This document shows, piece by piece, positions 26,986 through 40,436 of a stretch of 64,000 nt of DNA. Source of the stretch: Chiloscyllium plagiosum (taxonomy: Eukaryota); the NCBI RefSeq assembly GCF_004010195.1, contig NC_057715.1, positions 30,018,033-30,082,032 of the forward strand, written 5' to 3'. The translations under genes were made by a program, and so were the position numbers. Below the pieces are notes generated by a model. The model worked only from the letters and a program-made list of their open reading frames with translations, had not been told where the DNA came from and ran no database searches. Positions within the stretch are counted from its first letter, which is position 1, and each line of letters starts with the position of its first letter.

Positions 26986-27074
26986 ACTCTATTAAAGTTC
27001 TTCCTATTGAGAGGTGACCCTTGAATTTGAAGGAGCATTTTAGTGGGAAATTTTCAGCACTCAGACATTTTTAA

Positions 27075-27362
27075 AATTCATTCATAGTGTGAGGGCTTTG
27101 CTGACTAGACCAGCATTCATTGCCCAACCTAAATTGCCCAGAGGTCAGTTAAGAGTCAAACACATTGCTGTCGGTCTGGATTCATATATAGGCCAGACTA
27201 AGTCAGGTGACATTAGTGAACCAGATGGAACTTTTCAACAATTGGCAGTGGATTCATGGTCATCACTATCTGCCATTGCAGGATTCAAACCCAGGTCCCC
27301 AGAACACTATCTGGGTTTCTGGATTAACAGTCCACAAATAATACCACTGGGTCATCACCTTC
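27075..27362 (-). mobile_element. Second-family tRNA-derived SINE
   Basis: Minus strand A-box-like GACCCAGTGG, B box GGTTTGAATCC; tail GGGCAATGAATGCTGG...ATGAATGAAT matches the LINE tail at 20943-21400 and 27934. Confidence 0.7.
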
Positions 27363-27427
27363 CACTTGGGATTTTGGATGGTGGAGGGGGTGGGGACAAG
27401 TTGCCTCCAGCCCATTCAGACACAGTA

Positions 27428-27932
27428 TCATAGAATCCCCACAGTTTGGAAACAGGCCATTTGGTCCAAAAAGTCCACACTGAACCTCCAAAGAATAACC
27501 CATCCAGACCTATACCCCTACCCTGTTACTCTACATTTATCCCTGACTAATGCATCTGGCCTACACATCCCTGAACACTATGGGCAATTTAGCTTGGCCA
27601 ATTCACCTAACCTGCACATCTTTGGACTGAGAGGGGAAACCAGAGCACCCTGAGAAAACCCACGCAGACATAGGAACAAAGTGTAAACGCCACATAAAAA
27701 AAGGCAGAAAATTTATAGGAAAATACCTACTGCCCAGAGAAATAAATATGAACAGTTTGCCTCCTTATCCGAATCAACATTTAGGGTGTCAACTGGGATT
27801 TAAGCAGTTTTAAACAATTTTTGAGAGAGTACTTCAGCTCACTCTGAAAAAGAATAAACCAAGGCTGGAATCGAACCCGGGTCCCTGGCGCTATGAGGCA
27901 GCCGTGCTAACCACTAAGACACTGTGCTGCCC
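27428..27932 (-). mobile_element. HE1-type SINE interrupted by about 164 bp of foreign DNA
   Basis: Head 27932-27859, body and tail 27694-27428. Confidence 0.85.
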
Positions 27933-27933
27933 A

Positions 27934-29356
27934 AGATGGGTGTTGCTGGCTGGCCAGCATTTATTGCCCGTCCCCGGTAGCCCTTGAGAAGGTGGTGTTG
28001 AGCTGCCTTCTTGAACTGCTGCAGTCCACCTGCTGTGGGTTGGCTCACAATGCCATTAGGGAGGGAATTTCAGGATTTTGACCCACAGACAGTAAAGGAA
28101 TGGTGATATATTTCCAAGTCAAGATATATTTCCAGTTGCTTGGAGGGGAACTTGCAGGTGGTGGTGTTCCCATATATCTCTGCCCTTGTCCTTCGAGATG
28201 GAAGTGCTTGTGGGTTTGGAAAATGCTGTCTGACAATCATTGATGAATTTCTGCAGTGCATAGATAGTACACGCTGCTGCTACTGTGGTGGTGGTGGAGG
28301 GAATGGATGCTTGTGTATGCAGTGCCAATCAAGCAGGGGCTGCTTTGTCCTGGATAGTGTCAAGCGTCTTGAGTGTTATTGAGACTTCATTCATCCAGGC
28401 AAGTGGGGAGTATTCCTGACTTGTGCTTTGTAGATGATAAACAGGAGTTGGGGAGTCAGAAGGTGAGTTATTTGCCCGAGCCTCTGACCTTCTCTTGTAG
28501 CTGCTGCATTTATGCAGTGAGTCCAATTGAGTTTCTGGTTAAAGGTAACTCCCAGGATGTTGATAGTGGGAGATTCAGTTCTGGTAACACCAATGAATGT
28601 CAAGGGGCAGTGGTTAGATTGTATCTTATTTGTGATGGCCATAGCCTGCCATTTGTGTGGCATGAGTGTTACTTGCCACTTGTCAGCCCAAGTCGGATAT
28701 TTTCCAGATCTTGTTGCATTTGGATACTGACTGCTTCAGTGTCTAAGGAGTCGCGAATGGTGCTCAACATTGTACAATTATCAGTGAACATCCCTACTTA
28801 TGACCTTGTGATGGAGGAAAGGTCATTGATGAACAAGCTGAAGATAGTTGGTCTGAGGACACTATGCTGAGGAATTCCTGCAGTGATGTCATGGAGCTGA
28901 GATGACTGACCTCCAACAACCATGACCATCTTCCTATGTGCCATGTTCCTCTAACCACTGGAGAATTTGCCCCTGATACTCAATGGTTCCAGTTTTGCTT
29001 GGGCTTCTTGATGTCACACTCAATCAAATGCAGCCTTGATGTCCAGGGCTGTCACTCCCACCTCACCTCTGGAATTCAGCTTTTTTGTCCATGTTTGAAC
29101 CAAGGCTGTAATGAGGTCAGGAACTGAGTAGGCTGGCAGAACCCAAAAGGTGCGTCATAGAGCAGGTTATTGCAGAGCAGGTGTTGCTTGATAACACTGT
29201 TGATGACACCTTCCATCACTTTAATGATGATCGAGAGTAAACTGATGGGGCGGTAATTGGCCAGGTGGGTTTGTCCTGCTTTTGATGTACCGAATATACT
29301 TGGGCAATTTTCCACATTGCCAGGTAGATGTTAGTGTTGTAACTGTACTGGAACAA
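27934..29356 (-). mobile_element. CR1/L2-group LINE (second family): RT region to 3' end, decayed
   Basis: WKIAQV; ANYRPISLLSIIIKVMEGVINS; NILGVTFNQKLNW; IYKAQVR; same tail as 20943-21400. Confidence 0.85.
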
Positions 29357-30186
29357 TGAATTTAAAAAAAAAGATTGAACCCTCACCATTCTCCTTCGCC
29401 GCTTTAAAGTCATAACATCAATGTTTATTTAATCCAAAAAAAACGATCCTGGTATATTCTGCACAATCTATTATCAATACCATCTTCATAGAAGATGACT
29501 ATTTGCATTGAGTAGAAATGAATTGTAGCTGCTGTGTAATGTTAGCAGTCTTCATTCTGCCATCTTTTGTGGCACATCAGTTTGTGGGACAGGGAATTTT
29601 TGTATATTGTGGTTAGTGGTGACGCTGTTTTGAGCTTTACTCCGTTTATTTCTTTCTGCTTAAAGCTAAACTCTCAGCAGATCCTCCCCTGCTGATCACC
29701 TTCAGGCAAAAACAGAGCAGCTGGTGAATGGACCTTGGACCAGTCTCCTGTCACATGATCCCTGTCAGCTCCAAAGAAAGCAGAGTCTTGACACAGAGCT
29801 GGGGGTTAATTACCACTTTATTCACCGGCAATTTAACTCAGCAGGTAGATGTGAAAGAATGAGATGCCTGTCCAGGATGCACAGAACCACATATTCTTCT
29901 GTTTTAAAATAGCCTGAATAAATAGATAATATGTCATTCATAAATTTACATATATTAGAATGTCTACCACAGTATGTTGGATTATGTATTTGACCCGTAA
30001 GTCACTGCTGGAACATTACATTGTTTGTAGTTCAAAGACTCTCAATGTTATCAATGATCAACTCTCTCTGCTGGTACAGACAAGTTAAACCAGTTGGTTC
30101 TATGGTATAGAATGTTATACAGACATTGCCATGAACCAGTGAAACTAAGCAGAATTGTAAAACATAATTTAAAAAGAAGAATAACC

Positions 30187-30735
30187 TTAGAACATAGAAT
30201 GGTACAGCACAGGAACATGCCCTTCGGCCCACAATGTTGTGCTGAACATGATGCCAAATGAAACTAGCCCCTTCTGCCTGCCCTTTATCCATATCCCTCC
30301 ATTCCTTGACATATTCGTGTGCTTGTCTAAAAGTCCCTCAAATGCCACTATCATATCTGCCTCCACCAACACACCTGGCAGGGCATTCCAGACTTCTACC
30401 ACACTGTAAAAAACTTGCCCCTCAAGTCGCCTTTGAATTTTTCCCCTCTCGCCTTAAATGCATGCCCCCCAGTATTAGATATTTCAACACTGGGAAAAAG
30501 ATTCTATCTATGCATCTCATAATTTTATAGACTTCTTTAAAGTCACCCCTCAGCCTCCGCTGCTCCAAAGAAAACAACTCATGCTTTTCTGGCCTCTCCT
30601 TATAGCTCATACCCTCTAATCCAGGCAGCATCCTGCCAAACTTCTTCTGCCCCCTCTCCAAAGTATCCACATCCTTCTTGTAATGTGGCAACTAGAATTG
30701 AATGCAATACTCTTAAGTGTGGCCTAACCAAAGTC
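30187..30735 (-). mobile_element. CR1 3' end
   Basis: LERGQKKFGRMLPGLEG...FSLEQRRLRGD; VWNALP; ATGTTCT tail. Confidence 0.88.
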
Positions 30736-30835
30736 TTTCTTATGATGAGAGGCAATAAATAGAGTGAATAGTCAAGGTCTTTTCCTCACGGTAGGGGAAC
30801 TAACACGTTCTTTGTCATAATGAATGGTATCTTAA

Positions 30836-31660
30836 GTCACAGAGTCATTGAGATGTACAACACCTCAACGGGCAGCACAGTGGCACAATGGTTAGTACTG
30901 CTGCCTCACAGCACCAGAGACCTGGAGTCATATCCCGCTTCAGGCAACTGTCTGTGTGGCGTTTGCACATTCTCTCTGTGTCTGCGTGGGTTTCCTCTGG
31001 GTGCTCCGGTTTCCTCCCACAGTCTAAAGATGTGCAGGTTATGTGAATTGGCCATGCTAAATTGCCCGTAGTATTATGTGTAGGGGAATGGGTCTGAGTG
31101 GGTTGCTCTTCAGAGGGTCGGTGTGGACTTGTTGGGCTGAAGGGCCTGTTTCCACACTGTAATTAAGCAATCTAATCTAACATGGTAACAGACCCATGGG
31201 TGCAACCAGATATTCTAAATTAAGCTAGTCCAATTGCCAGCATTTGGCTCATATTCCTGTCAACCCTTCCTATTGATTTACCCATCCAGATGCCTTGCAA
31301 ATGTTGTAACTGTACTTGCCTCGATCACCGCCTCTAGCAGCACATTCCATACACACACCACACTCTGCATGAAAAAGTTACCCCTTAGGTTCCTTTTAAA
31401 TCTTTTCCGTCTCACCTTAAGCCTAAAAAGCCTCTAGTGTTGGACTCCCCTGTCCTGGAGAAATGACCTTGACTATTCATCCTCTCCATGCCTCTCATGA
31501 TTTTATAAACACCCCCATAAGGTAACGTTGCAGCTTCTGGTGCTCCAGGGAAAATAGCCCCAGCCTATTCAGCTTCTCCATATAACTCAAACCCTCTGAC
31601 TCTGGCAACATTGTTGCAAGTTTATTCAGAACTCTTTCGAGAGTCACAACATCCAATGAA
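30836..31660 (-). mobile_element. CR1 (HER1-like) 3' end with HE1 inserted in its tail
   Basis: DVVTLERV...KLNRLGLFSLEHQ; tail split at 30870-31180. Confidence 0.8.
30870..31180 (+). mobile_element. HE1-type SINE
   Basis: Head, V-domain, tail and (TAATC)n end. Confidence 0.9.
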
Positions 31661-34282
31661 ATAGGGATCTCACCAAAACCTACGTGAGTCAACACAGTGT
31701 CAACTCTCTACTCATGTACCTGTAATTTGGAATGCCTGCCAATGACATGAAAAGCTACAGCTCTATTATCCAGTTTGATTAGGTTAGGGGTTGGAGAAGA
31801 TAAGAGAGAGAGAGAGAGAGGTGCTCATGTTCATCAGCACCTGCTATTGCACTCATTAAAATAAACTACTTCAGGTTTCCACAATTTTGATTATTTTCAT
31901 AAGCAGGCAGTGAGCAGTTTGAATAGAAACAGTTTGGACGTTTCATGAAATCTGTACATTTGTCAAAGATTTCATCATTGATTCTCCAATCGAATTTGTC
32001 TTTTAATAATTGGTTCATGCCTCAGGGTTTAAAGAGAACAATTGCTATCACAAAAATAGTGTAATACACGTGAAATACCCCTCAAATGCTCATAGCACAC
32101 AGGCTGGACTAGCACAACTTGAAATCCCGATCTGTGTAACCTTCTGTGGAATATATCAAATATTGCACAGGGGAATGGGATGGTTTCTTTTCGCTTGTAA
32201 AGCATAAATTAATATATCATTGTGCTTACTGTCTTGGTGTGTCATAGTTCCTACATGACAATGAAAGAACAAAAGCAGTATCCTACTGTCGGTATCATAG
32301 TTCCTAGTCATTACGTTAAACAAGCTGTCTGAATTGGAAAGGCTTTACTGCACTGTTTCTTGAGACAGATTTCACGGTGTTATATGACTTTCTCAAAGAA
32401 ACGAAGAACCTAACAGCATATGGTAGTGAGCAGTCTCCAGATTTCACAATACATGTGTTCCAGCTGGTCCCCGTTTTCAAGGCTATGAACCAGGGAATGT
32501 CACATCTCTCCTATCTCCTGCCTCTGGCAGGTGTTTTCTGGGTGCCTGACTACTAAGTACATTGTAATTAGCATGCCCTTGAGCGATGGCTGTCATCTTA
32601 CATCTGTAACTTGCACAAGGGCACTGTTAACATCTCTATATTCATTTCTCTAATGTCCCGGACTTCGTTTTTACTGTAGTGCTGTCTGCAGCATCAGTAT
32701 TTGATGGATGTAGCTTGAAGCAGCTTCTAAACTGTATCACATAATGCTGGCTGTTCCCACTTTCATCTTCGAGAGGAGATATTGCTTGCTGCCACGATTC
32801 ATCACCATTCCCACACATCAGATTGATGTTTTAAATAAAATAGTGCCATCAAAATGAAAAAGAATTCTGGTTCAAATGGGAAGGAGCCATTATGCTTCCT
32901 TCTGAACTTGCCTTAATACTTATTTATGCATTATACTACAATTTTCTGTAGATGAGTCACAGAGAGAGGCAAGAAGAGGCACTCTCTTGCCCGAATATTA
33001 ATGTTGATAAATGTCAGTGAGATTGTCTCACTTCTGCTCACCTCTGTCTCAAGCTTTTAGTAAGAACTTACATTGCAATATTTTGCACAAAGAGAAATTC
33101 ATCTATCATACATCTTTTAGAAAAATGTGTGCTTTAAATGTTTCTTCCCTGCTCTTGCTAGATAGATCAGTATTAGATAACAAAACCATACTGATGTGAC
33201 TATCAATAATTTTAGAATTCTCCGGAAAGAATAATTTTTTAAAAAACTTCAAGTTGATGAAAAAAAAGTCTTTCAAGGGGAGACTTTGAATTAAGTCACT
33301 GTAATGCATAATTTCCACTCCACCTTTCAAAGCCACAATATAATTTGTTTCACTTTATTTAAAAAAATTAATCCCATCCATTGATGTTCCCTTTGCCAAA
33401 TGCTTGCAGTTTATAGGCAGGTAGCACTAATAATATTTTACTAAGAAGTAACTTCAAACCAAGGGACTAAGAGAGAAACTAGCCAAATGCTGACGTTAGG
33501 AAATCTGAAACAAATTCTGGAAGTACTCAGCCCTATCTTTATTTTCCCTTCCGTAATGTAATGTTGCATTACATCAATTCCAAATGTAATTGTATATTTC
33601 ATTTCCGGTTTAGACTCTATGCAGCTTTACCCCAACTCATTGGGCAGAATTTAATGAATTGGGAATTGATTCACATCCACCTTGGCAAATGGCCATTCCA
33701 CCCCTGAACTCACCTCCAGGTTTGTGGGGGGGGGAATAAAATTTCTGTCTGTTGAATGGGGAACGTAAATTGAATGACGGACTGATTTTTCACCTTGAAG
33801 AAATAAGCTTCAAAACGCACAGTATCTAATTTGTTATATTATAGGTTAAAAAAAATCAGATTGGTTAAAAAAATTGTACGAACTGATCCCCAGGTGGCCT
33901 TCTCAATGAATTCAGTTACTGTTACCCCCTTAGTTGTCTCAGGGTTCAGCAAACTGATTGGATAAGGAAACACATCATTGTTTGCCATGTTCACACAGAG
34001 CCCAGCTTCTTAGTGAAGGCTGTTGCAAAGGTTCAACTTTAATAACTGCAAATCACAGCAGAAAATCCCACAGAAGACTAATTAAGTATAAACGTAATGA
34101 ATGATGAGCAACATTCATTTCACAACTGATTGCAAAATCCAGTACAGTGTGAAGCTTTTTTTTAGTCAGTCAGTTCACAATTACTAGTTAGCCATTTGGC
34201 CAAATGCTACAATCAAAACTGCACAGTTTAAAAGGTTACAATACTGAAAAGATGTAACTATTGCAGACACTACAGACAGACC

Positions 34283-34350
34283 TGCTGCGCTTTTCCAGCC
34301 ACACATTTTTCAGCTCTGATCTCCAGCATCTGCAGTCCTCACTTTCTCCT
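34283..34350 (+). mobile_element. 68-bp PLE terminal fragment with 15-bp TSD
   Basis: TSD CACTACAGACAGACC at 34268-34282 and 34351-34365; insert matches the reverse complement of part of 37068-37140. Confidence 0.8.
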
Positions 34351-35330
34351 CACTACAGACAGACCGACAAGGAACAAGCATGCAACTTCATTCCCGAGTT
34401 TACACAGTGACTATAGTACAACTGCAGTTCCTGTTAACCTTAATTTTGAAAACTTTACTCTGGCATGCAGATCATATATTCTAATTTTTTTGCTTTTCAA
34501 GTACTTGACTGGGAACGCACATCAGAAATGTAGCTGCAAGCCCTTTCATCCATCCAAACTAGTCACCCCTTATTTTAGTGAGGAGCTTTCAACAAAGATG
34601 AACATTTACCTCTTTGCTGAAAATATCACTAACATTCCAAAATGCACAAGTTCTGCACAAGTTTTTGACCATTTACACAATGTTTCTTCCTGAGATACCC
34701 AACAGTGCAAAATGAGCATTATTACTCACAACTGCCAGCTCACAGCACTGTGGTAGTGACTAGCCTTCTCAAATGATTTTGCACTATAATTGCAGCATTA
34801 AAGTTATTGCAGCAAGTACACAGAGCCAATTATATCCATCCAGCTCCAGCTGTCGGCATTAACAGGGCTTAAGAAATACTGCAACTACTAAAAGTTTTTT
34901 TTTTATTGAGCAAAAAGCCCTCAAGTGTCTTCCTAGCCATATGCTCTTATAATACATGCCCCCAGGAACAGCATATCTGTTTTTGCATAATGTTCTACAA
35001 ACATCAGGGGTGCACCTTTCAGGCGTGTTCCTTTAAGATATGTATAGTAACACTACATCCGAATAACTTATAAAAGTGACAGTTTTATAGCTCTATCAAG
35101 AGCCAAAGGCAGCTTAAAAGCTCAGATACTTAGACAAGGTTGACTTCAGTAGACCACTGAACAATGAACTGATTAACATTTACAGAGGCATAAATGGGGA
35201 ATAGAAGGCAAAATGGTTTGTCTGAAAAACACATCAAACCTATGATGTTGTGGAGATAGATATCTTACAGAGATTAATCAGAGAACACAAAAAGTGAGTA
35301 AAACCAAAAAAGAAAGACAGACTTGCATTA

Positions 35331-35541
35331 GTCCACTGGACCATAGGGCTGTTCTCCCATTAGAGGGAGAGTGAGAGAGACAACTGGTGGTGGTTTAACC
35401 CGAGGGTCATCACGCCTGAGGCGAGGGGAGAGGTTGAGAAGGAGAGTCCTTCATGGTAACCTCAACAGGTGTGGGAACTGAACCCACGCTGGTGGTGTCA
35501 TTCTGCATCACAAGCTAGCTGCTCGGCCAACTGAGCTAACC
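35331..35541 (-). mobile_element. Third-family tRNA-derived SINE
   Basis: Minus strand begins GGTTAGCTCAGTTGG (A box) ... GGTTCAGTTCC (B box); body unrelated to HE1. Confidence 0.7.
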
Positions 35542-36682
35542 AACCATCTCAAACTCAAAATAACAAAGAGATATATGGATACTCAGGGCATAATAGCCAG
35601 TGGAAGGATTAGGGATTTTATTAAGAAATGGTTCATGGTAGTATTAAGAATTTTAACTGTGTTAATTTAGAAGTTAGCGGAGACAAGTTTTATTTCTTTG
35701 CTTCCCCTACGTTGTACCCAAAAAGCAGAGCGATAGCAAGAAGAGTAAATGGCCTCTCCACTCCACTCACTTATGCTGTTTAACAGCCACTTTGAATTTC
35801 CAAAGGACATCTGTCCTGGGTGACCAGAGTTCCTTTCTGAAACAGGCAGATGCACAGCGCAAAACAACAACACTTTACTATTATAGAGGCGCTGTAAAGT
35901 GTCCCGTTACACTTCACAAGAGTATTGATTACTGAACCAAAATGCAGAAATATTAGGAAACGTGGTAGAAATGTCAAAAAGGCTGGTTTTAAGGAGTGGT
36001 TTAAAGCAAAAGTGAAAGGTGGAGTGGTTTATAAAGCCAATACCAAAGCTTCAGTGGGTATAGGTATGATTGCCAATGGTAGGATGAAGCAAGTGGGAAA
36101 TGCATAAGCGGCTAGAATTGGAACAATGCAAGGTTCTTGGAGGAATGATGTCTCAAGAAGGTTTCAGAGACCGGGGGGAGTGGAAATGTTGAGGGATTTG
36201 AACCTAATAAATTGCAGTTTTCAATCAAGGAGCAGGTTCCTGAGGCCTGGATAATTTCCAGGTTCCAAGCTCACATGTTCAAATTGTTCCCACAATAACA
36301 TGTATAAATGCCCACACTAATGTGGCAAGCTCGCCATCTACTTAGTGGATAAGCTGACAGTAACCTCAGGAAAACATCCCCCACCCTTGATAATGTTTCA
36401 CCCCCTTTCTTTCCCAAGAATCAAAACATCTCTGCTTTTAAACTATTCAAAGTGTCTGCTTCCATAATGTTTTCATGATAGGACTCATGTGCCCTCTGTG
36501 GGGAATTAAAATTGCTGTATTTGTTTTAAATGATGACCCATTCTTAAAACTGTGACCTCTAGTTTCAGATTCTCCCAAAAAAATGAAACACACTCTTCAC
36601 ATTTACACTGTTAGGACCCCTCAGGATCACAGACTCAACACAAGCTGGAGGAATAGCACCTCATTTTCTGCTTAGGCATTTT

Positions 36683-36997
36683 AGATTAGATTAGATGACT
36701 TAGTGTGAAAACAGGCCCTTCAGCCCTACCAGTCCACACCAACCCTTGAAGAGCAGCCCACCCAGTCCCATTCCCCTACATTTACACCTTCACTTAACAC
36801 TACAGGCAATTTAGCATGGCCAATTCACCTAACCTGTACATTTTTGGAATGTGGGAAGAAACCGGAGCACCCGGAGGAAACCCACACAGACACGGGGAGA
36901 ATGTGCAAACTACACACAGTCAGTCGCCTGAGGCGGGAATTGAACCCGGGTCTCTGGCACTGTGAGGCAGCAGTGTTAACCACTGTGCCATCCACCC
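36683..36997 (-). mobile_element. HE1-type SINE
   Basis: Reverse-complement head, V-domain and (GATTA)n end. Confidence 0.92.
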
Positions 36998-37067
36998 AAT
37001 ATTGACTTCCACAACTTCAGAGTATGACCTATATATTCCCCTACCCTTCTCAGGTCACATCTTGTTT

Positions 37068-37189
37068 CTGGGAGAAAGTGAGGACTGCAGATGCTAGAGA
37101 TCAGAGCCGAAAAATGTGTTGCTGGAAAAGCGCAGCAGGTCAGGTAGCATCCAAGGAGCAGGAGAATCAACGTTTCGGGCATAATCCCT
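37068..37189 (-). mobile_element. Mini PLE terminal repeat truncated inside the HHR core, 8-bp TSD
   Basis: TSD TCTTGTTT at 37060-37067 and 37190-37197; minus strand GAAGGGATTATGCCCGAAACGTTGA. Confidence 0.8.
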
Positions 37190-38883
37190 TCTTGTTTATG
37201 TCTTGTTGGATTTGTTCTCAGTAGTGTGAACCATTTTCTCCTCTTTATAGCTAATATTTACACCTATTTTACATCTCTACTGACTCCTTTACCGCCATTA
37301 TTACTATCTTTGTCTTTTTCTCTAGGCAAAGATCACCACCTCTTTCACTTGTTCCTCCTCCCCCACAGTCCCACGCATAAAGACCATAATTTTCCAGCTC
37401 CATTCAGTTCTGAAGAATTATACTAGATTTGAAATGTTAACTCTGTTTCTATCCACAGACGTGCTGAGTTTCTCCAATCCTTTGTTCTTTCAAAATTTCA
37501 GCATCTGCAGTAATTTGCTTTTATTATCCCTTCAGGGTTAAGTATATTTCAATCAAATATCCTGAAACTCTTCTAAACTGCAGTGGATACAAGCCTAGCT
37601 CATCTAATCTTTCCTCATAAAACAACCCACCCATTCTTGGTATTAGTCTGGCAACTGAACTGTTTCCAAGATATTTACATCCTTCCTTGGCAGCCATGAT
37701 GGGGTCTGCCATATCCTTACGGAATGCAAGTGGCAGACCATTGGATGGTCAACAGTCTTGTGGCACAGAGCCGTGCCCTAATGGCCAACGAGAAGGTACT
37801 GCATTTGGCCTGACATTATAACTGCGATTGCCAAATATATGACCCCCAGATAAAACATCATGGCTAATTGGATTGGCCCAAACAGCAGTACAATTACATG
37901 TAGCAGATTCTTTGGTTTGGTTATGTGTTTTGTGAAAACCACCATAGTCCCTTAACAAGCTCTTTAAACAATTTAGCAGGCTGTTAATCAGAGGCAATTG
38001 AGTTCCAAACCATACCTTCACACCCTACAAACATCACCCTGAAAGTAGCAACATGTTCAAGGAGCAATTAGTCTCACTTTCACAAGCAAATGAAAATCAT
38101 GTCCAATGATGAAAAGCTTATCACCAAAGCATTGCTTTAGCAGGTACCGATGGAAATGTGGTTTAAGATTTGAACAGTAGCCAAACTACAATTATGTAGC
38201 ATTAGTATGACCAATCATTCTGCTTTCCAAATTCACTGCCTGACTATGCTACGAATTGTAAACAAATACAGAAATTGCTGGAAAAACTCAGCAGGTCTGA
38301 CAGCATCTGTGGAGAGATAGCAGCATTAACATTTTAGGTCCAGTGACCCTTCTTCAGAACTGATGGTGCCTAGGAAGAAGATGCTTTTTATGTAGAAGAT
38401 GTGATGGGGGAGGAGTAAACAGTGAAAATAGAGACGAAAGAGCAAGAAACACAGTTGAACAGATAAAGGAGTGGTTAAAGGTCAGCCAAGGGGAATGAGT
38501 AATGGGAAGCAGTAGTGTTGACAATGAATTGTGTGTGGTAGCAGCCCATGTGATGACAAAGACTGGTGTGTGAGGTTGGGGTAGGGACATGGGAAGAGAT
38601 CCTCAGCCCTAAAACTGTTGAACTTGATATTGAATCCTGAGAGCTGCAGGGAAATCGAGCGGAAAATGAAGTTCTTTTCTTCCAACTTGTGCTGAGCTTT
38701 GCTGGATCACTACAGCAAGCCTGAGACAGAGATGTTAAACAGAGTGGTGCAACTGGAAGCTCAGGGTCTTTTTTGTGGACAGAACATAAGTATTCTGTAA
38801 AGCAGTTACCAAATGTGCATTTCATTACCACATTGTAGAGGAGAACACATTGTGAGGAGCTTATGCAGTAGACTAGATTGAAC

Positions 38884-39158
38884 GATTAGATTCCCTACAT
38901 GTGGAAACAGGCCCTTCGGCCCAACAAGTCCACACCGACCCTCCGAAGAGTAATCTACCCAGACCCATTTCCCTCTGACTAATGTACCTAACACTATGGG
39001 CAATTTAGCATGGCCAATTCACCTGACCTGCACATCTTTGGACTGTGGGAGAAAACCAGAGGAACCCACACAAACTCCACACAGACAGTTGCCGGAGGCT
39101 GGAATTGAACCTGGGACTCTGGTGCTGTGAAGCAACAGTGCTAACCACTGATGCCGCC
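38884..39158 (-). mobile_element. HE1-type SINE (internally deleted), nested in the PLE
   Basis: Head, partial V-domain and tail. Confidence 0.88.
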
Positions 39159-40357
39159 TCAAAGTGCAGATAATGTGCTACTTCAACCACGTATGTTTGG
39201 GGCCTTCAATAGTGAGGAGGGAGGATGTAAACAGGCAAGTGTTACACCTTCGGCGGTGGCTTAGGAAGGTGCCATGGAGACATGTTGGGAGTGAAGGAAG
39301 AGTGGACCTGGGTGTCCCAGAGGGAACAGTCCTTGCGGAAGGCTGACAAGAGAGAGGAGAGGGGAATATGTGTCTGTTGCTGGCATTCTATGAGACGTGT
39401 TGGGAATGGTAGCTCATGTTCATGGATGTGGATGCTAGGAGGATGGTAAGTGAAGACAAGAGTGATCATATCAGTGTTGTGGCAGGGAAGAGAGGGGGTG
39501 AGGGCCGAAGTGTGCAAGATGGGGCAGACTCGGCTAAGGGCCCTGTTAACCACAGTGATGGGGAATCGTCAATTGAGGAAGAAGGTGGACATTTCTGAGG
39601 GCCCCTTGTCAAAGTTGGCATCATCAGAACAAATGCGACAGAGAAGGAGAACTGGGGGAGTGGAATAGCCTTTCTCGGAAGCAGGGTCTGAGGATGTAGA
39701 ATCAGGGTAACTGTGGGATTCATTGGGTTTGTAATGGAGATTACAGTCTATCCCCAGAAATGGAAACCGATGTCAAGGAAGGGAAGAGAAGAATCAGAGA
39801 TGGACCAGGTGAAATTCAGACCTGGTGGAAATTGGAAGGGAAATAGATTAACTTTTCCAATTCCGGACAAGGGTGGGAAGCAGCACCAATGATGTAATTG
39901 ATATACCAGATAAAGAGTTGTGGGTGGGAGCCGGAATAGGACTGAAACAAAGAATGTCCATGTACCCCACAAAGAGACAGAAATAACTATGGCCCATGTG
40001 GGTACCCATGGCCACACCTTCGGCCTGAAGACAGTGAGGAGAGTTAAAATAGAAGTTGTTTAGAGTGAGGGTGAGCTCGGCCAGGCAGAGGAAGGTGGTA
40101 GTGGATGGGAACAGTTCAGGCCTTTTCTCCAGGAAGAAACAGAGAGCCGTGAGGGGGATGGCTGTTAAGAGGGATTGCCCGTCCATGGTGAAGAGGAAGC
40201 AGCTGCAGTCAACAATCTGGAACTTCTGACACTGACAAAATGCATCAGAGGAATTGCTGATGTAAGTGGGAAGGGATTGGACAAGAGGACAAAAAGAAAT
40301 TGAGTCAAGATAGGATGAGATGGGTTCTGTGGGGTAGAGACAGGCAGAAACAATGGG

Positions 40358-40436
40358 AATTGCTGGAAAAGCTCAGCAGCATCTGTGGAGAGAAATCAGA
40401 GTTAATGTTTCAGGTCCAGTGAACCTTCCTCAGAAG
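40358..40436 (-). mobile_element. 79-bp HHR-headed mini PLE insert with 7-bp TSD inside the PLE ORF
   Basis: TSD CAATGGG at 40351-40357 and 40437-40443; RNA UU-CUGAGGA-AGGUUCACUGGACCU-GAAA-CAUU-AACU. Confidence 0.8.

Larger units (their letters stand above)
36625..37525 (+). mobile_element. Old PLE 3' end hosting HE1 and a mini-PLE insert
   Basis: QHKLEE*HLIFCLGIL...NIDFHNFRV*; terminal AGTTCTGAAGA...GAAATGTTAACT HHR-like motif at about 37406-37442. Confidence 0.65.

Noticed and set aside
29681-29844. Candidate 164-nt exon (CAG...GTAGAT) with one open frame
   Set aside because: Weak donor, several competing AGs, unrecognised peptide; would need RNA-seq.
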